Below are positions 19,917 through 31,652 of a DNA stretch of 64,000 nt, piece by piece. The notes beneath the pieces are model-generated. The model was not told the DNA's origin. It saw nothing but the letters and a program-made list of their open reading frames with translations, and did no database searches. The DNA is taken from NCBI GenBank assembly GCA_963724295.1, contig CAVRUC010000007.1, positions 192,001 to 256,000 of the forward strand, in the 5' to 3' direction. A program made the translations under genes and the position numbers. The number at the start of each line of letters is the position of its first letter. Within the stretch, counting starts at the first letter, position 1. The DNA comes from an uncultured Chloroflexia bacterium (GTDB lineage Bacteria > Chloroflexota > Chloroflexia > Thermomicrobiales > UBA6265).

Positions 19917-21250
19917 CCGCGAGCAGTAAGTTGCTTCTTCGCGGGGGCCGGGTCGTTGACCCAACCATAGCGCTGGATCGCGTCGCGGATGTTCGCGTTC
20001 ACGACGGGATCATTGCGGCAGTCGGCACCCTTGATCCCGTCCCTACGGAGCGGATCATTGACGTAGCCGGGCTGGTTGTGGCGCCTGGCTTGATCGATGT
20101 TCATGTCCATTTGCGCGAACCTGGTCAGGAATGGAAGGAAACGATTGGATCAGGGACTGCCGCGGCGGCGGCCGGTGGGTTCACGAGAGTGTTCTGCATG
20201 CCGAATACCGATCCGGCGCTCGACTCCGTCGTTGCGCTCGAAGAACTGGCGCGCCGTACCAGGCGCGATGCACTGGTTCGAGTACACCCGATTGCCGCGA
20301 TAAGTGAAGAGCGCCGCGGCGATCGCCCTGTTGATTTTGAGGCGTTGGTCGCGGCTGGTGCGGTTGGATTTTCGGACGATGGCGAGACGACGCGGCATTC
20401 AGGGATCATGCGGGAGGCACTAGAGGCAACCCGTACCCTCGGGGTGCCGGTAATGGTGCATTGTGAAGATCCGAACCTGACCGGCGGCGCGATGCACGAG
20501 GGAGAAATATCGCGCAGACTTGGACTGCGAGCTATTTCCGCGGCGGCCGAAGAGATCATCATTGCGCGCGATGTTGCTCTCGCCGCGCTCACCGGCGGAT
20601 GGCTTCATATCTGTCACGTGTCGACTGGTTTCGGAGTTGACTTGATCAGCGCCGCAAAGCTGAATGGGGCTCGAGTGACGGCTGAAGCCATGCCGCATCA
20701 CCTAATGATGACCGACGACTGGGTTGCGGGCTGCCGGCAGTTCGTCAACTTCGCAGAGTCACCAGGTCGCTCATTCCCGGTTGCCGAGCCGGACACGAAG
20801 GTCAATCCTCCGCTACGAACACGAGACGACGCGAACCGGTTGTTGGCGGGGCTGAAGCAGGGAACCCTCGACATTGTGGCCACAGACCATGCTCCACACG
20901 GGCGGCCGGAAAAGCAGGGGCGTTCGTTCTCAACCGCCGCATTCGGCCTCTCCGGGAGCGAGCTCGCGTTACCGCTCATGCTTGCGCTCGTTCGCGCAGA
21001 TCACCTGACACTCAGCGACGTGATCAACCACCTGAGCGCGGTCCCAGCGCGCCTGTGGGGGCTGGACGGTGGGTCGCTGAATCCGGGTGCACCCGCCGAC
21101 ATTGTGGTCTTTGACCCAGATGAAACCTGGTGCGTCGAACCCGAGCGGCTCGCGTCGCGTGGCGCGAATACTCCGCTGCTCGGCATGGAAGTGCGAGGTC
21201 GCGTGAAAACGACACTGGTTGGTGGAGACGAGCGGCACCGTGGCTGGTAA
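19913..21250 (+). CDS. pyrC: Dihydroorotase (type I)
   Basis: DVHVHLREPG, CMPNT, KVNPPLR and ATDHAPH motifs. Confidence 0.95.
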   Translation: MTASSKLLLRGGRVVDPTIALDRVADVRVHDGIIAAVGTLDPVPTERIIDVAGLVVAPGLIDVHVHLREPGQEWKETIGSGTAAAAAGGFTRVFCMPNTDPALDSVVALEELARRTRRDALVRVHPIAAISEERRGDRPVDFEALVAAGAVGFSDDGETTRHSGIMREALEATRTLGVPVMVHCEDPNLTGGAMHEGEISRRLGLRAISAAAEEIIIARDVALAALTGGWLHICHVSTGFGVDLISAAKLNGARVTAEAMPHHLMMTDDWVAGCRQFVNFAESPGRSFPVAEPDTKVNPPLRTRDDANRLLAGLKQGTLDIVATDHAPHGRPEKQGRSFSTAAFGLSGSELALPLMLALVRADHLTLSDVINHLSAVPARLWGLDGGSLNPGAPADIVVFDPDETWCVEPERLASRGANTPLLGMEVRGRVKTTLVGGDERHRGW

Positions 21251-21263
21251 GCCGCCATTGGCG

Positions 21264-22412
21264 ATGGCGGTTCCATCAGCCGGACTGCGGGCGAGGTACG
21301 TGCCACCCGCCGATGCCGCGTTGGCACTGGCAGATGGGCGGGTGTTTCGTGGCCGAGGCTTTGGTGCGGGAGTCGACGCGCAGGGCGAAGTGGTCTTCAC
21401 GACCACTATGGTCGGCTATCAAGAGGTCACGACGGATCCGTCATTCCGCGGCCAGATCGTGTGCATGACATATCCCCTGATTGGCAACTACGGGATCCAT
21501 CCCGAGGCGAACGAATCTCGCCAACCGTGGATTGCGGGACTCATCGTCCGCGAGCACTCCGACAGGCCCAGCCACATCGGTTCAACCGGAACGATTCATG
21601 AGTTCTTGGAGCGCCATGGAATTCCGGCGATCTCCGGTATCGACACCCGCTCCTTGACCCTGCACATTCGGGAAGTAGGGGACACCCGGGGAATCATCGT
21701 CCAGAATGCGTCCGAGACCCCCGACGACGATCTCATCGCACGTGCCAGGCATTCCCCGCTGCCGGGCGAGTACGACGTCGTTGGCGAGGTCACCTCGCCG
21801 ATTCCCGAGACCATCGACGGTCCCGGCCCGCACATCGTAGTGCTCGATTGCGGCGTGAAGCGCAACATCGTTCGATCACTGGTCAATCGGGGAGCCCGAT
21901 TGACGATCGTGCCGTTTGGCACGTCTCTCGAGGAGATCCTAGGGCTTCGCCCGGACGGGGTGGTGGTATCACCCGGCCCTGGTGACCCAGCCAACCTCGA
22001 TGCCGGGCTGTCTGTTGTCGCTGGTGTCGTGCAGCAGCAGATTCCCTACTTCGGCATTTGCTTGGGTCACCAGTTATTGGCGCGGTCGATCGGCGCCGAG
22101 ACCAGGAAATTGAAGTTCGGCCATCGAGGTGGGAACCACTCCGTGCGAGACGTGAGAACGGGGCAGGTGACGATTACCTCCCAGAACCACGGATTCGAGG
22201 TTGATCCAGCAAGCGTACCCACCGGCTCCGGGTGGGAAGTGCGTCTCGTCAACCTCAACGACGGCTCGATAGAGGGACTCGCTCACGGAGAGCTGCCGGT
22301 GCTGACTGTTCAATTCCATCCCGAGTCATCGCCAGGACCGCTGGACAATGACCATCTCTTCGACACCTTCCTCGACCTCGTGCGACTCGGCGTCGGGCAA
22401 CCGATCGCATGA
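21264..22412 (+). CDS. carA: Carbamoyl-phosphate synthase small subunit
   Basis: GEVVFTT, FGICLGHQ, SQNHG and QFHPE motifs; start uncertain. Confidence 0.96.
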   Translation: MAVPSAGLRARYVPPADAALALADGRVFRGRGFGAGVDAQGEVVFTTTMVGYQEVTTDPSFRGQIVCMTYPLIGNYGIHPEANESRQPWIAGLIVREHSDRPSHIGSTGTIHEFLERHGIPAISGIDTRSLTLHIREVGDTRGIIVQNASETPDDDLIARARHSPLPGEYDVVGEVTSPIPETIDGPGPHIVVLDCGVKRNIVRSLVNRGARLTIVPFGTSLEEILGLRPDGVVVSPGPGDPANLDAGLSVVAGVVQQQIPYFGICLGHQLLARSIGAETRKLKFGHRGGNHSVRDVRTGQVTITSQNHGFEVDPASVPTGSGWEVRLVNLNDGSIEGLAHGELPVLTVQFHPESSPGPLDNDHLFDTFLDLVRLGVGQPIA

Positions 22413-25400
22413 CGGCAATGGCCACGTCTACGATCGGGAGTGTTCTCGTTCTCGGTTCGGGGCCCATCGTCATCGGGCAGGCCGCGGAATTCGACTACGC
22501 GGGCACCCAGGCATGCCGCGCCCTGCGCGAAGAGGGCGTGCGCACGATTCTCGTCAATTCGAATCCAGCGACGATCATGACGGATGAGGGCGTCGCCGAT
22601 GCGATCTACATTGAGCCGCTGACGCCTGAGGTCGTGAAGCGAGTCATCCAACGCGAACGGCCCGATGGACTCCTCCCGACGCTCGGTGGCCAGACCGGCC
22701 TCAACCTGGCGGTCGAGGTTGCCGAGCGGGGGACACTCGACCGCTATGGTGTCCGCTTGCTTGGTACGCCGCTGTCCGCCATCAAGCAGGCAGAAGATCG
22801 CGCGTTGTTTCGAGATCTCCTCAATCGCATCGGGGAGCCCGTTGTGGATAGCGCGATCATTACGTCCCTCGACCAGGCATTCGAGTTCGCATCGAACGTG
22901 CCGCTCCCGCTAGTGATTCGACCGGCGTACACCCTGGGCGGCACAGGCGGTGGTGTAGCAACGACCACGGCCGAACTCGAACGCATCGTCAGCGGCGGCT
23001 TGAACGCGAGTCCGATCCACCAGGTGCTTCTGGAGCGTTCGCTCGCGGGCTGGAAAGAGATTGAATATGAAGTGATGCGGGACGGCGCCGGGACCTGCAT
23101 CACCATCTGCAACATGGAGAACTTTGACCCGATGGGGGTCCACACTGGTGATAGCATCGTTGTCGCTCCATCGCAGACCCTCACCGACGACGATTACCAG
23201 ATGCTCCGCTCGTCGGCTCTGCGGATCATCGACGCGCTCGGTATCGAGGGCGGGTGCAACGTTCAGTTCGCCCTGGACCCGGAATCGGCGGATTATGCGG
23301 TGATCGAGGTGAATCCTCGGGTCAGCAGGTCATCCGCGCTCGCGTCAAAGGCGACCGGGTACCCAATCGCCCGGATGGCCGCCAAGATAGCCATTGGCAG
23401 GCGGCTGCACGAGTTGACGAACCCGGTAACACGCCGGACCACGGCGGCGTTTGAACCGGCGCTCGACTATGTCGTGGTCAAGATCCCTCGATGGCCCTTT
23501 GATAAGTTCAGCCGGGCGGACCGCACTATCGGTACGCAGATGAAGGCTACCGGCGAAGTGATGGCCATCGACCGCTCATTCCAAGGAGCCCTGCACAAGG
23601 CGATGCGGTCGCTCGAATCTGGGGCTCCCGATGTAGTTTGGGAAGATCCTACGTGGACTGATGAGACCATTCTCGAATTAGTGAAGCGACCAAATGACAT
23701 TCGGCTGTGGGCTCTCACGGCAGCACTACGGCGAGGCCACGCCGTCGACGAGTTGCACCAGCTGAGTCGCATCGATCGCTGGTTCCTGCACAACCTGCAG
23801 GACATGATTCTGATTGAACGACGTCTCGAGCGAGAGCAGCTCGAGCCCGAGTTGCTGTGGACGGCGAAGCGCGCGGGCTTCAGCGACCAGACGATTGCGC
23901 GACTATCCCGCCGCGCCGAGTCTGAAGTGCGATGCCTGCGTGAGAGCGTCGGCATGTTTCCGGTCTACAAGATGGTTGACACGTGTGCCGGCGAGTTCGC
24001 CGCGGTGACGCCGTACTTCTATTCGACGTACGAGTCCGAGGACGAGGCCGTTCCGATTGGGCGGACGCGATCAGTCGTTGTCGGCTCAGGACCGATCCGC
24101 ATCGGCCAGGGAATCGAGTTCGACTACTCGGCCGTGCAGGCCGCCCAGGCGCTCCATGAGAACGGCATCGCATCGATCATGGTCAACTCAAATCCTGAGA
24201 CGGTCTCAACTGATTTTGACGCTTCGGACCGGCTCTACTTCGAACCGTTGGATACCGAGAGTGTCGCAGAGGTTCTCCGCCACGAGTCGGAAACCGATGA
24301 AATATCGCCTGAGGTTCCGGCAATCCTGCAGTTTGGCGGCCAGACGGCGATCAATCTGGCCGGGCCGCTTGCGAACCGCGGGGTGCCGATTCTCGGCAGC
24401 CAGCTCGACTCAATCGACCTGGCTGAGGACCGGCATCGCTTTGAGGGCTTTTTGCGGGAGCTTGCGATCCCGCAACCTCCTGGCGCCGCGGTCACGACCC
24501 TTAGCGACGCGCGCTCAGTAGCGGGCCGAATCGGCTACCCGGTGCTTGTCCGCCCTTCATACGTGCTGGGCGGCCGGGCCATGGAGGTGGTCTATGGTCA
24601 GGAGCAACTCGGGCGCTATATCCGCAACGCGGCCCAGCTCACCCCGGATCATCCGGTGCTTATCGATAAATATCTTATGGGGCGAGAAGTCGAGGTCGAT
24701 GCGATCTGCGATGGCGAACACGTTCTCATACCCGGCATCATGGAGCATATCGAGCGGGCTGGCGTTCACTCCGGAGATTCGTTCGCCGTCTATCCCGCAC
24801 TCAGCCTGTTTCCGGCGGAAGTCGACACAATCGTCGACTACACGACCCGGATTGCCCTAGGCCTGAAGGCCAGCGGGCTCATCAATATCCAGTTTGTCAT
24901 TCACGCCGGGCGCATCTACGTTCTGGAGGTCAATCCTCGTGCCTCCAGGACTGTGCCGTTCCTCAGCAAGGCGACAGGCGTGCCGATGGTTCGGCTGGCG
25001 ACGGGAGTCATGCTTGGTCGCTCGCTCGCGGAGCAGGGCTTCAGCGGTGGCCTCTGGCCGAGACAACCGCTGGTGGCGGTGAAAGCGCCTGTGTTCTCCA
25101 TGGCGAAGCTGCGTGGGGTGGACACGCATCTGGGACCGGAGATGAAGTCGACCGGCGAAGTCATGGGCATCGATCGAGCGTTTGAGCCCGCGTTTTACAA
25201 GGCGTTGCTTGCGGCGGGACTCGCGTTACCCGCGCAAGGTTCGGTGTTGATCACGCTTGCCGATGAGGACAAATCCGACGGTGTGGAGATGATCCGGCAG
25301 CTCGTGCGCATGGGGCATAAGCTCTACGCCACAGAAGGCACCGCCGCGCTGATCGAGCGCCACGGAATGCCGGTCCAAATGGTGACCAAGCGTATTGGCC

Positions 25401-25648
25401 GCGGACATCCCGACATGCTCGACGTTATCCTGGATCGAACGGTTGATTGCGTGATCAATACACCAGGACCGGCCGACAAAGAGATTCTCGATGGCATCGA
25501 AATCCGCCGCGCGGCCGTCGAGCGAGGCGTTCCCTGCATCACCTCGATCGACACGGCACGAACGATCGTCGACGCCATGGCGAACTCGGATGCCGTCTAT
25601 ACAGTCCAACCATTTCCGGAGTACCGTAGAAGCGGAACTGGCTACTGA
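22409..25648 (+). CDS. carB: Carbamoyl-phosphate synthase large subunit
   Basis: GSGPIVIGQAAEFDYAG, two ATP-grasp halves and a C-terminal MGS domain. Confidence 0.98.
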   Translation: MTAMATSTIGSVLVLGSGPIVIGQAAEFDYAGTQACRALREEGVRTILVNSNPATIMTDEGVADAIYIEPLTPEVVKRVIQRERPDGLLPTLGGQTGLNLAVEVAERGTLDRYGVRLLGTPLSAIKQAEDRALFRDLLNRIGEPVVDSAIITSLDQAFEFASNVPLPLVIRPAYTLGGTGGGVATTTAELERIVSGGLNASPIHQVLLERSLAGWKEIEYEVMRDGAGTCITICNMENFDPMGVHTGDSIVVAPSQTLTDDDYQMLRSSALRIIDALGIEGGCNVQFALDPESADYAVIEVNPRVSRSSALASKATGYPIARMAAKIAIGRRLHELTNPVTRRTTAAFEPALDYVVVKIPRWPFDKFSRADRTIGTQMKATGEVMAIDRSFQGALHKAMRSLESGAPDVVWEDPTWTDETILELVKRPNDIRLWALTAALRRGHAVDELHQLSRIDRWFLHNLQDMILIERRLEREQLEPELLWTAKRAGFSDQTIARLSRRAESEVRCLRESVGMFPVYKMVDTCAGEFAAVTPYFYSTYESEDEAVPIGRTRSVVVGSGPIRIGQGIEFDYSAVQAAQALHENGIASIMVNSNPETVSTDFDASDRLYFEPLDTESVAEVLRHESETDEISPEVPAILQFGGQTAINLAGPLANRGVPILGSQLDSIDLAEDRHRFEGFLRELAIPQPPGAAVTTLSDARSVAGRIGYPVLVRPSYVLGGRAMEVVYGQEQLGRYIRNAAQLTPDHPVLIDKYLMGREVEVDAICDGEHVLIPGIMEHIERAGVHSGDSFAVYPALSLFPAEVDTIVDYTTRIALGLKASGLINIQFVIHAGRIYVLEVNPRASRTVPFLSKATGVPMVRLATGVMLGRSLAEQGFSGGLWPRQPLVAVKAPVFSMAKLRGVDTHLGPEMKSTGEVMGIDRAFEPAFYKALLAAGLALPAQGSVLITLADEDKSDGVEMIRQLVRMGHKLYATEGTAALIERHGMPVQMVTKRIGRGHPDMLDVILDRTVDCVINTPGPADKEILDGIEIRRAAVERGVPCITSIDTARTIVDAMANSDAVYTVQPFPEYRRSGTGY

Positions 25649-26523
25649 TGCCAATTCTCCGCGTGCGCGCGGCAGGACGAACGAGGAAAAAGGACGAACG
25701 ATTGCCGCCGGTTACCGCCGCTGTGGAAAAAACCGGGGCATCGCGCGAGTTCGAGAGCCAGGTGCTTTCGGTCGAGCCGATCATGGGCGACGCCGTGCTT
25801 CTTACGGTGAGCGCCCCGCCGGCGGTTCTCTCCCATTTGCAGCCGGGGCAGTTCTTCAACATCGTGACGAGATTTCCTGGATCATTTGATCCGCTTTTGC
25901 GCCGACCCTACTCGGTGTATCGCGCTCATCATGACACCTCGGCGCTGACATTCCTCGTCAGGCCATTTGGCCGCGGCAGCGCCTGGCTTGCCGAGCGTCT
26001 GCCCGGAGAGCGAGTCGGCATGCTCGGCCCGCTCGGCAATTCGTTTGCGATTCCAGACCGGGCCCAGCGATTGCTGATGATCGGAGGTGGAGTGGGCGTC
26101 GCTCCGCTGGTCATGCTATCGGACGTAGCGGCCCTCGAGAAGCTCGACGTGGTGTTCGTCATGGGTGCCGCGAATGAGTCCGGGTTACTCGCCTCGTTGG
26201 AGCTACCCGATCGAGTGGAGTATGTCGTAGCAACCGACGATGGGAGCCGAGGTCACCGTGGCCTCGCGACCGAGGTGGTCGGGGACTTCGTTCAATGGGC
26301 GGACCAGATCTATGCCTGCGGTCCCGAACCAATGTACCGGACACTGCGAGCCGTAGTCGATCCGCTGCGCACAAATCGCAGACCGAACGTTCAGATCTCC
26401 GTGGAGCGCGGCATGGCCTGCGGCCTGGGAGCTTGCCTCGGCTGTGTCGTGGAAACAACCCACGGGATGATCGCCTCGTGTGTCAAAGGACCGGTATTCG
26501 ATCTTGATGAGGTCATCCTTTGA
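25648..26523 (+). CDS. pyrK: Dihydroorotate dehydrogenase electron transfer subunit
   Basis: LRRPYS, GPLGN, GGGVGVAP and MACGLGACLGC...C (2Fe-2S) motifs. Confidence 0.93.
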   Translation: MPILRVRAAGRTRKKDERLPPVTAAVEKTGASREFESQVLSVEPIMGDAVLLTVSAPPAVLSHLQPGQFFNIVTRFPGSFDPLLRRPYSVYRAHHDTSALTFLVRPFGRGSAWLAERLPGERVGMLGPLGNSFAIPDRAQRLLMIGGGVGVAPLVMLSDVAALEKLDVVFVMGAANESGLLASLELPDRVEYVVATDDGSRGHRGLATEVVGDFVQWADQIYACGPEPMYRTLRAVVDPLRTNRRPNVQISVERGMACGLGACLGCVVETTHGMIASCVKGPVFDLDEVIL

Positions 26524-26560
26524 CCGCCACTCGCGGCATGACTTGCTTAAGATGTGACCC

Positions 26561-27553
26561 ATGAGCGCAACTGCACCCGACCTTTCGGTCGATCTCGCCC
26601 CTGACAATCCGCACGAGCTGCGACTGCGAAATCCGGTCATTGCCGCTTCCGGGTGTTTCGGTTACGGCGAGGAATACGCAGGCGTCATCGACATCGACCG
26701 CCTGGGCGCATTTGTAAGCAAGGGCATAACACCCGAGCGCCGCGCCGGAAACCCGATGCCACGCATCGTCGAGTCACCGGCCGGCATGCTCAACGCCATC
26801 GGGTTGCAAAATCCGGGAATTCATGGATTTGTCAAGAAGTACCCGGCGATGTGGGCGAGATGGACCGTCCCGGCGATCGTTAACATCTCGGCGGAATCGG
26901 TCAACGATTACGCCATGATGGCCGCCATCCTCGACGAGCAGCCATCGATCGCCGCAATCGAGGTCAACGTTTCATGTCCCAACATCGCCCGTGGCGGGTA
27001 TTGCTTTGGTTGGGATCCGTTGATGTCGGCGGAGGTAACGCGGGCCGTGCGATCGGTAACGACGTTGCCGATTATCGTCAAACTGAGCCCCGGAGCTTCG
27101 GATATCGCCTCTGTCGCCGTGGCTGTCGAAGAGGCAGGGGCGGACGCGATCTCGTTGATCAATACCCTGGTTGGTATGGCAATTGATGTTCGCCGGCGGA
27201 AGCCGCTTCTGGCCAATCTCACGGGCGGGGTTTCCGGCCCGGCAGTCAAGCCGATTGCCGTGCGGATGGTTTATCAAGTGGCGGCGGTCGTTCGGGTGCC
27301 TGTGATCGGGATGGGTGGGATCATGGGGCTCAACGACGCGCTCGAATTCTTCCTTGCTGGAGCGACGGCAATTCAGGTTGGCACCGGTATCTTTGTCGAC
27401 CCTGGCTTGCCGATCCGCCTCATTGACGATCTCGAACGCTGGCTCGAGGACGAGGGATTTTCGTCTCTGGACCAAATTGTGGGCATAGCCAATGACGGTT
27501 TTCGACTGGGGCAAGGTGGCGCGCTTGCCGCCTGGGAGTCGTTGGGGGTATGA
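26561..27553 (+). CDS. pyrD: Dihydroorotate dehydrogenase family 1B
   Basis: NPVIAASG, MLNAIGLQNPG, NVSCPN and SGPAVKP motifs. Confidence 0.95.
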   Translation: MSATAPDLSVDLAPDNPHELRLRNPVIAASGCFGYGEEYAGVIDIDRLGAFVSKGITPERRAGNPMPRIVESPAGMLNAIGLQNPGIHGFVKKYPAMWARWTVPAIVNISAESVNDYAMMAAILDEQPSIAAIEVNVSCPNIARGGYCFGWDPLMSAEVTRAVRSVTTLPIIVKLSPGASDIASVAVAVEEAGADAISLINTLVGMAIDVRRRKPLLANLTGGVSGPAVKPIAVRMVYQVAAVVRVPVIGMGGIMGLNDALEFFLAGATAIQVGTGIFVDPGLPIRLIDDLERWLEDEGFSSLDQIVGIANDGFRLGQGGALAAWESLGV

Positions 27554-28602
27554 GATTCATCTTGCCACTGCTGGCGCTTGTACCGCTAGCACTCGTGTTC
27601 GAGTTCGCCCACATCGGCGGACCGACCGCGGTTTTCCTGGCCTCCGCACTGGCACTCATTCCTCTAGCGGGGCTGCTTGGTCGCGCCACCGAAGAAGCCG
27701 CCATTTACACAGGACCAAAGATCGGCGCACTTCTCAATGCGACGTTGGGAAATGCGGCAGAGCTGATCATCACCATCATCGCCCTCCGCGCGGGTCTCGT
27801 TGAGCTCGTGAAAGCCTCGATCGCGGGGTCGATCATCGGGAACATCCTGGTTGTTCTGGGCTTGTCCTTGCTGCTCGGAGGGTTGAAGAACGGAACGCAG
27901 TTCTTTGATGCAAAGGCGGCTGGGACGAACGCAACGATGATGGCCCTGGCAGTCGTGTCCCTCTCCATTCCTGCTGTATTCGCTTTGGGGCCCGAGCAGA
28001 CGCGGCCTTCAGAGCAGAACATCAGCTTCTTGAGCGACGGCTTGGCGATCGTCCTGATCGTCGTCTATGCGTTGTACATCTTTTTTTCACTACGACAGGA
28101 GAGTCCAGAAGCTGAGGCCCGCGAGCACCATGGCGCCCCGACAATGAAGCTGTCGGTTGCGTTAGGGCTTATGGCCGCAACCACGATCGGCATCGTTTTC
28201 ATGAGCGAGCTCCTCGTCGGGGCCGTCGAGCCGGTCGCCGAGCAGTGGGGTCTGTCGGAGCTGTTCATCGGCGTCATGCTCGTTCCCCTCGTCGGCAATA
28301 TCGCCGAGCACATCGTCGCGGTTCAGGTTGCTTACCAGAACAAGATGGACCTCAGCCTCGGCATCGCAATTGGCTCTGGTCTGCAAATCGCGTTGTTCGT
28401 GACGCCGGTGCTCGTCTGGATCAGCGTGATGCTGGGCAACCCGATGTCGCTCGTGTTCAACGGCTACGAGCTGGCAGGCCTAATCGGCGCCGCGCTCATC
28501 GCGGTGCTGATCTCGGTTGACGGGGAATCGAACTGGCTCGAGGGAGCGCAGTTGATCGCGTTGTACATCATGCTCGGGATCTCGTTCTATTTCGTTGGCT
28601 AG
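27550..28602 (+). CDS. cax: Ca2+/H+ antiporter (CAX family)
   Basis: Alpha repeats LNATLGNAAELI and LVGNIAEH; multi-TM. Confidence 0.93.
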   Translation: MRFILPLLALVPLALVFEFAHIGGPTAVFLASALALIPLAGLLGRATEEAAIYTGPKIGALLNATLGNAAELIITIIALRAGLVELVKASIAGSIIGNILVVLGLSLLLGGLKNGTQFFDAKAAGTNATMMALAVVSLSIPAVFALGPEQTRPSEQNISFLSDGLAIVLIVVYALYIFFSLRQESPEAEAREHHGAPTMKLSVALGLMAATTIGIVFMSELLVGAVEPVAEQWGLSELFIGVMLVPLVGNIAEHIVAVQVAYQNKMDLSLGIAIGSGLQIALFVTPVLVWISVMLGNPMSLVFNGYELAGLIGAALIAVLISVDGESNWLEGAQLIALYIMLGISFYFVG

Positions 28603-28612
28603 AGGCTACGCG

Positions 28613-29200
28613 ATGGCTTCAACAGGCACCGTCCTCGAGATGTTGCGCGCTTCGAGAGCCCTGAAGGCAGGACACTTCGTCCTCTCATCCGGACGTCATA
28701 GCGATCAGTACATCGAAAAATTCGACCTTCTGCGCCAGCCCAGAGCGACCTCTGAGGTATGTCGACTCATCGCCGATCGCTTCCAGGACCAGGTCATCGA
28801 CGTCGTCGTCGGACCGACGACTGGTGGCGTGATCCTCGCCTTCGAAGTGGCACGCCAGCTCGGTGTGGCGGCCGCCTACGCCGAACGATCGACTAACAGC
28901 GACACCTCCCGGGAATTCCGCCGCGGGACGGTGTTTGCAGCAGGCGCGCGGGTGCTGGTCGTCGACGATATCTTGACCACCGGCGGGTCGCTGCGAGAGA
29001 CGCTCGATGCGCTTGCCGCTCACCCAGTCGTGGTAGGCGGCGTAGCGGTACTTGTTGATCGCAGCAGCGGGGATCTCGACCTGGGCGTGCCCTATATGGC
29101 GCTTGCGTCGATGAACATTGAAACCTGGGACGCGGCGGAGTGTCCCTTATGCAGGCAAGGGACGCCGGTCGTGAAACCCGGTACTACGCCAGGCGTCTGA
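28613..29200 (+). CDS. pyrE: Orotate phosphoribosyltransferase
   Basis: GHFVLSSGRHS and PRPP motif VVDDILTTGGS. Confidence 0.93.
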   Translation: MASTGTVLEMLRASRALKAGHFVLSSGRHSDQYIEKFDLLRQPRATSEVCRLIADRFQDQVIDVVVGPTTGGVILAFEVARQLGVAAAYAERSTNSDTSREFRRGTVFAAGARVLVVDDILTTGGSLRETLDALAAHPVVVGGVAVLVDRSSGDLDLGVPYMALASMNIETWDAAECPLCRQGTPVVKPGTTPGV

Positions 29201-29221
29201 TCGTGTTCTGTCGAGCAAGGT

Positions 29222-31593
<2,372 letters not shown>

Positions 31594-31652
31594 CTACCAC
31601 AGCCCTCTATCGAGCCGGATCACTGGCGAGTGCATCGGTTCGGGCCCGAGCG

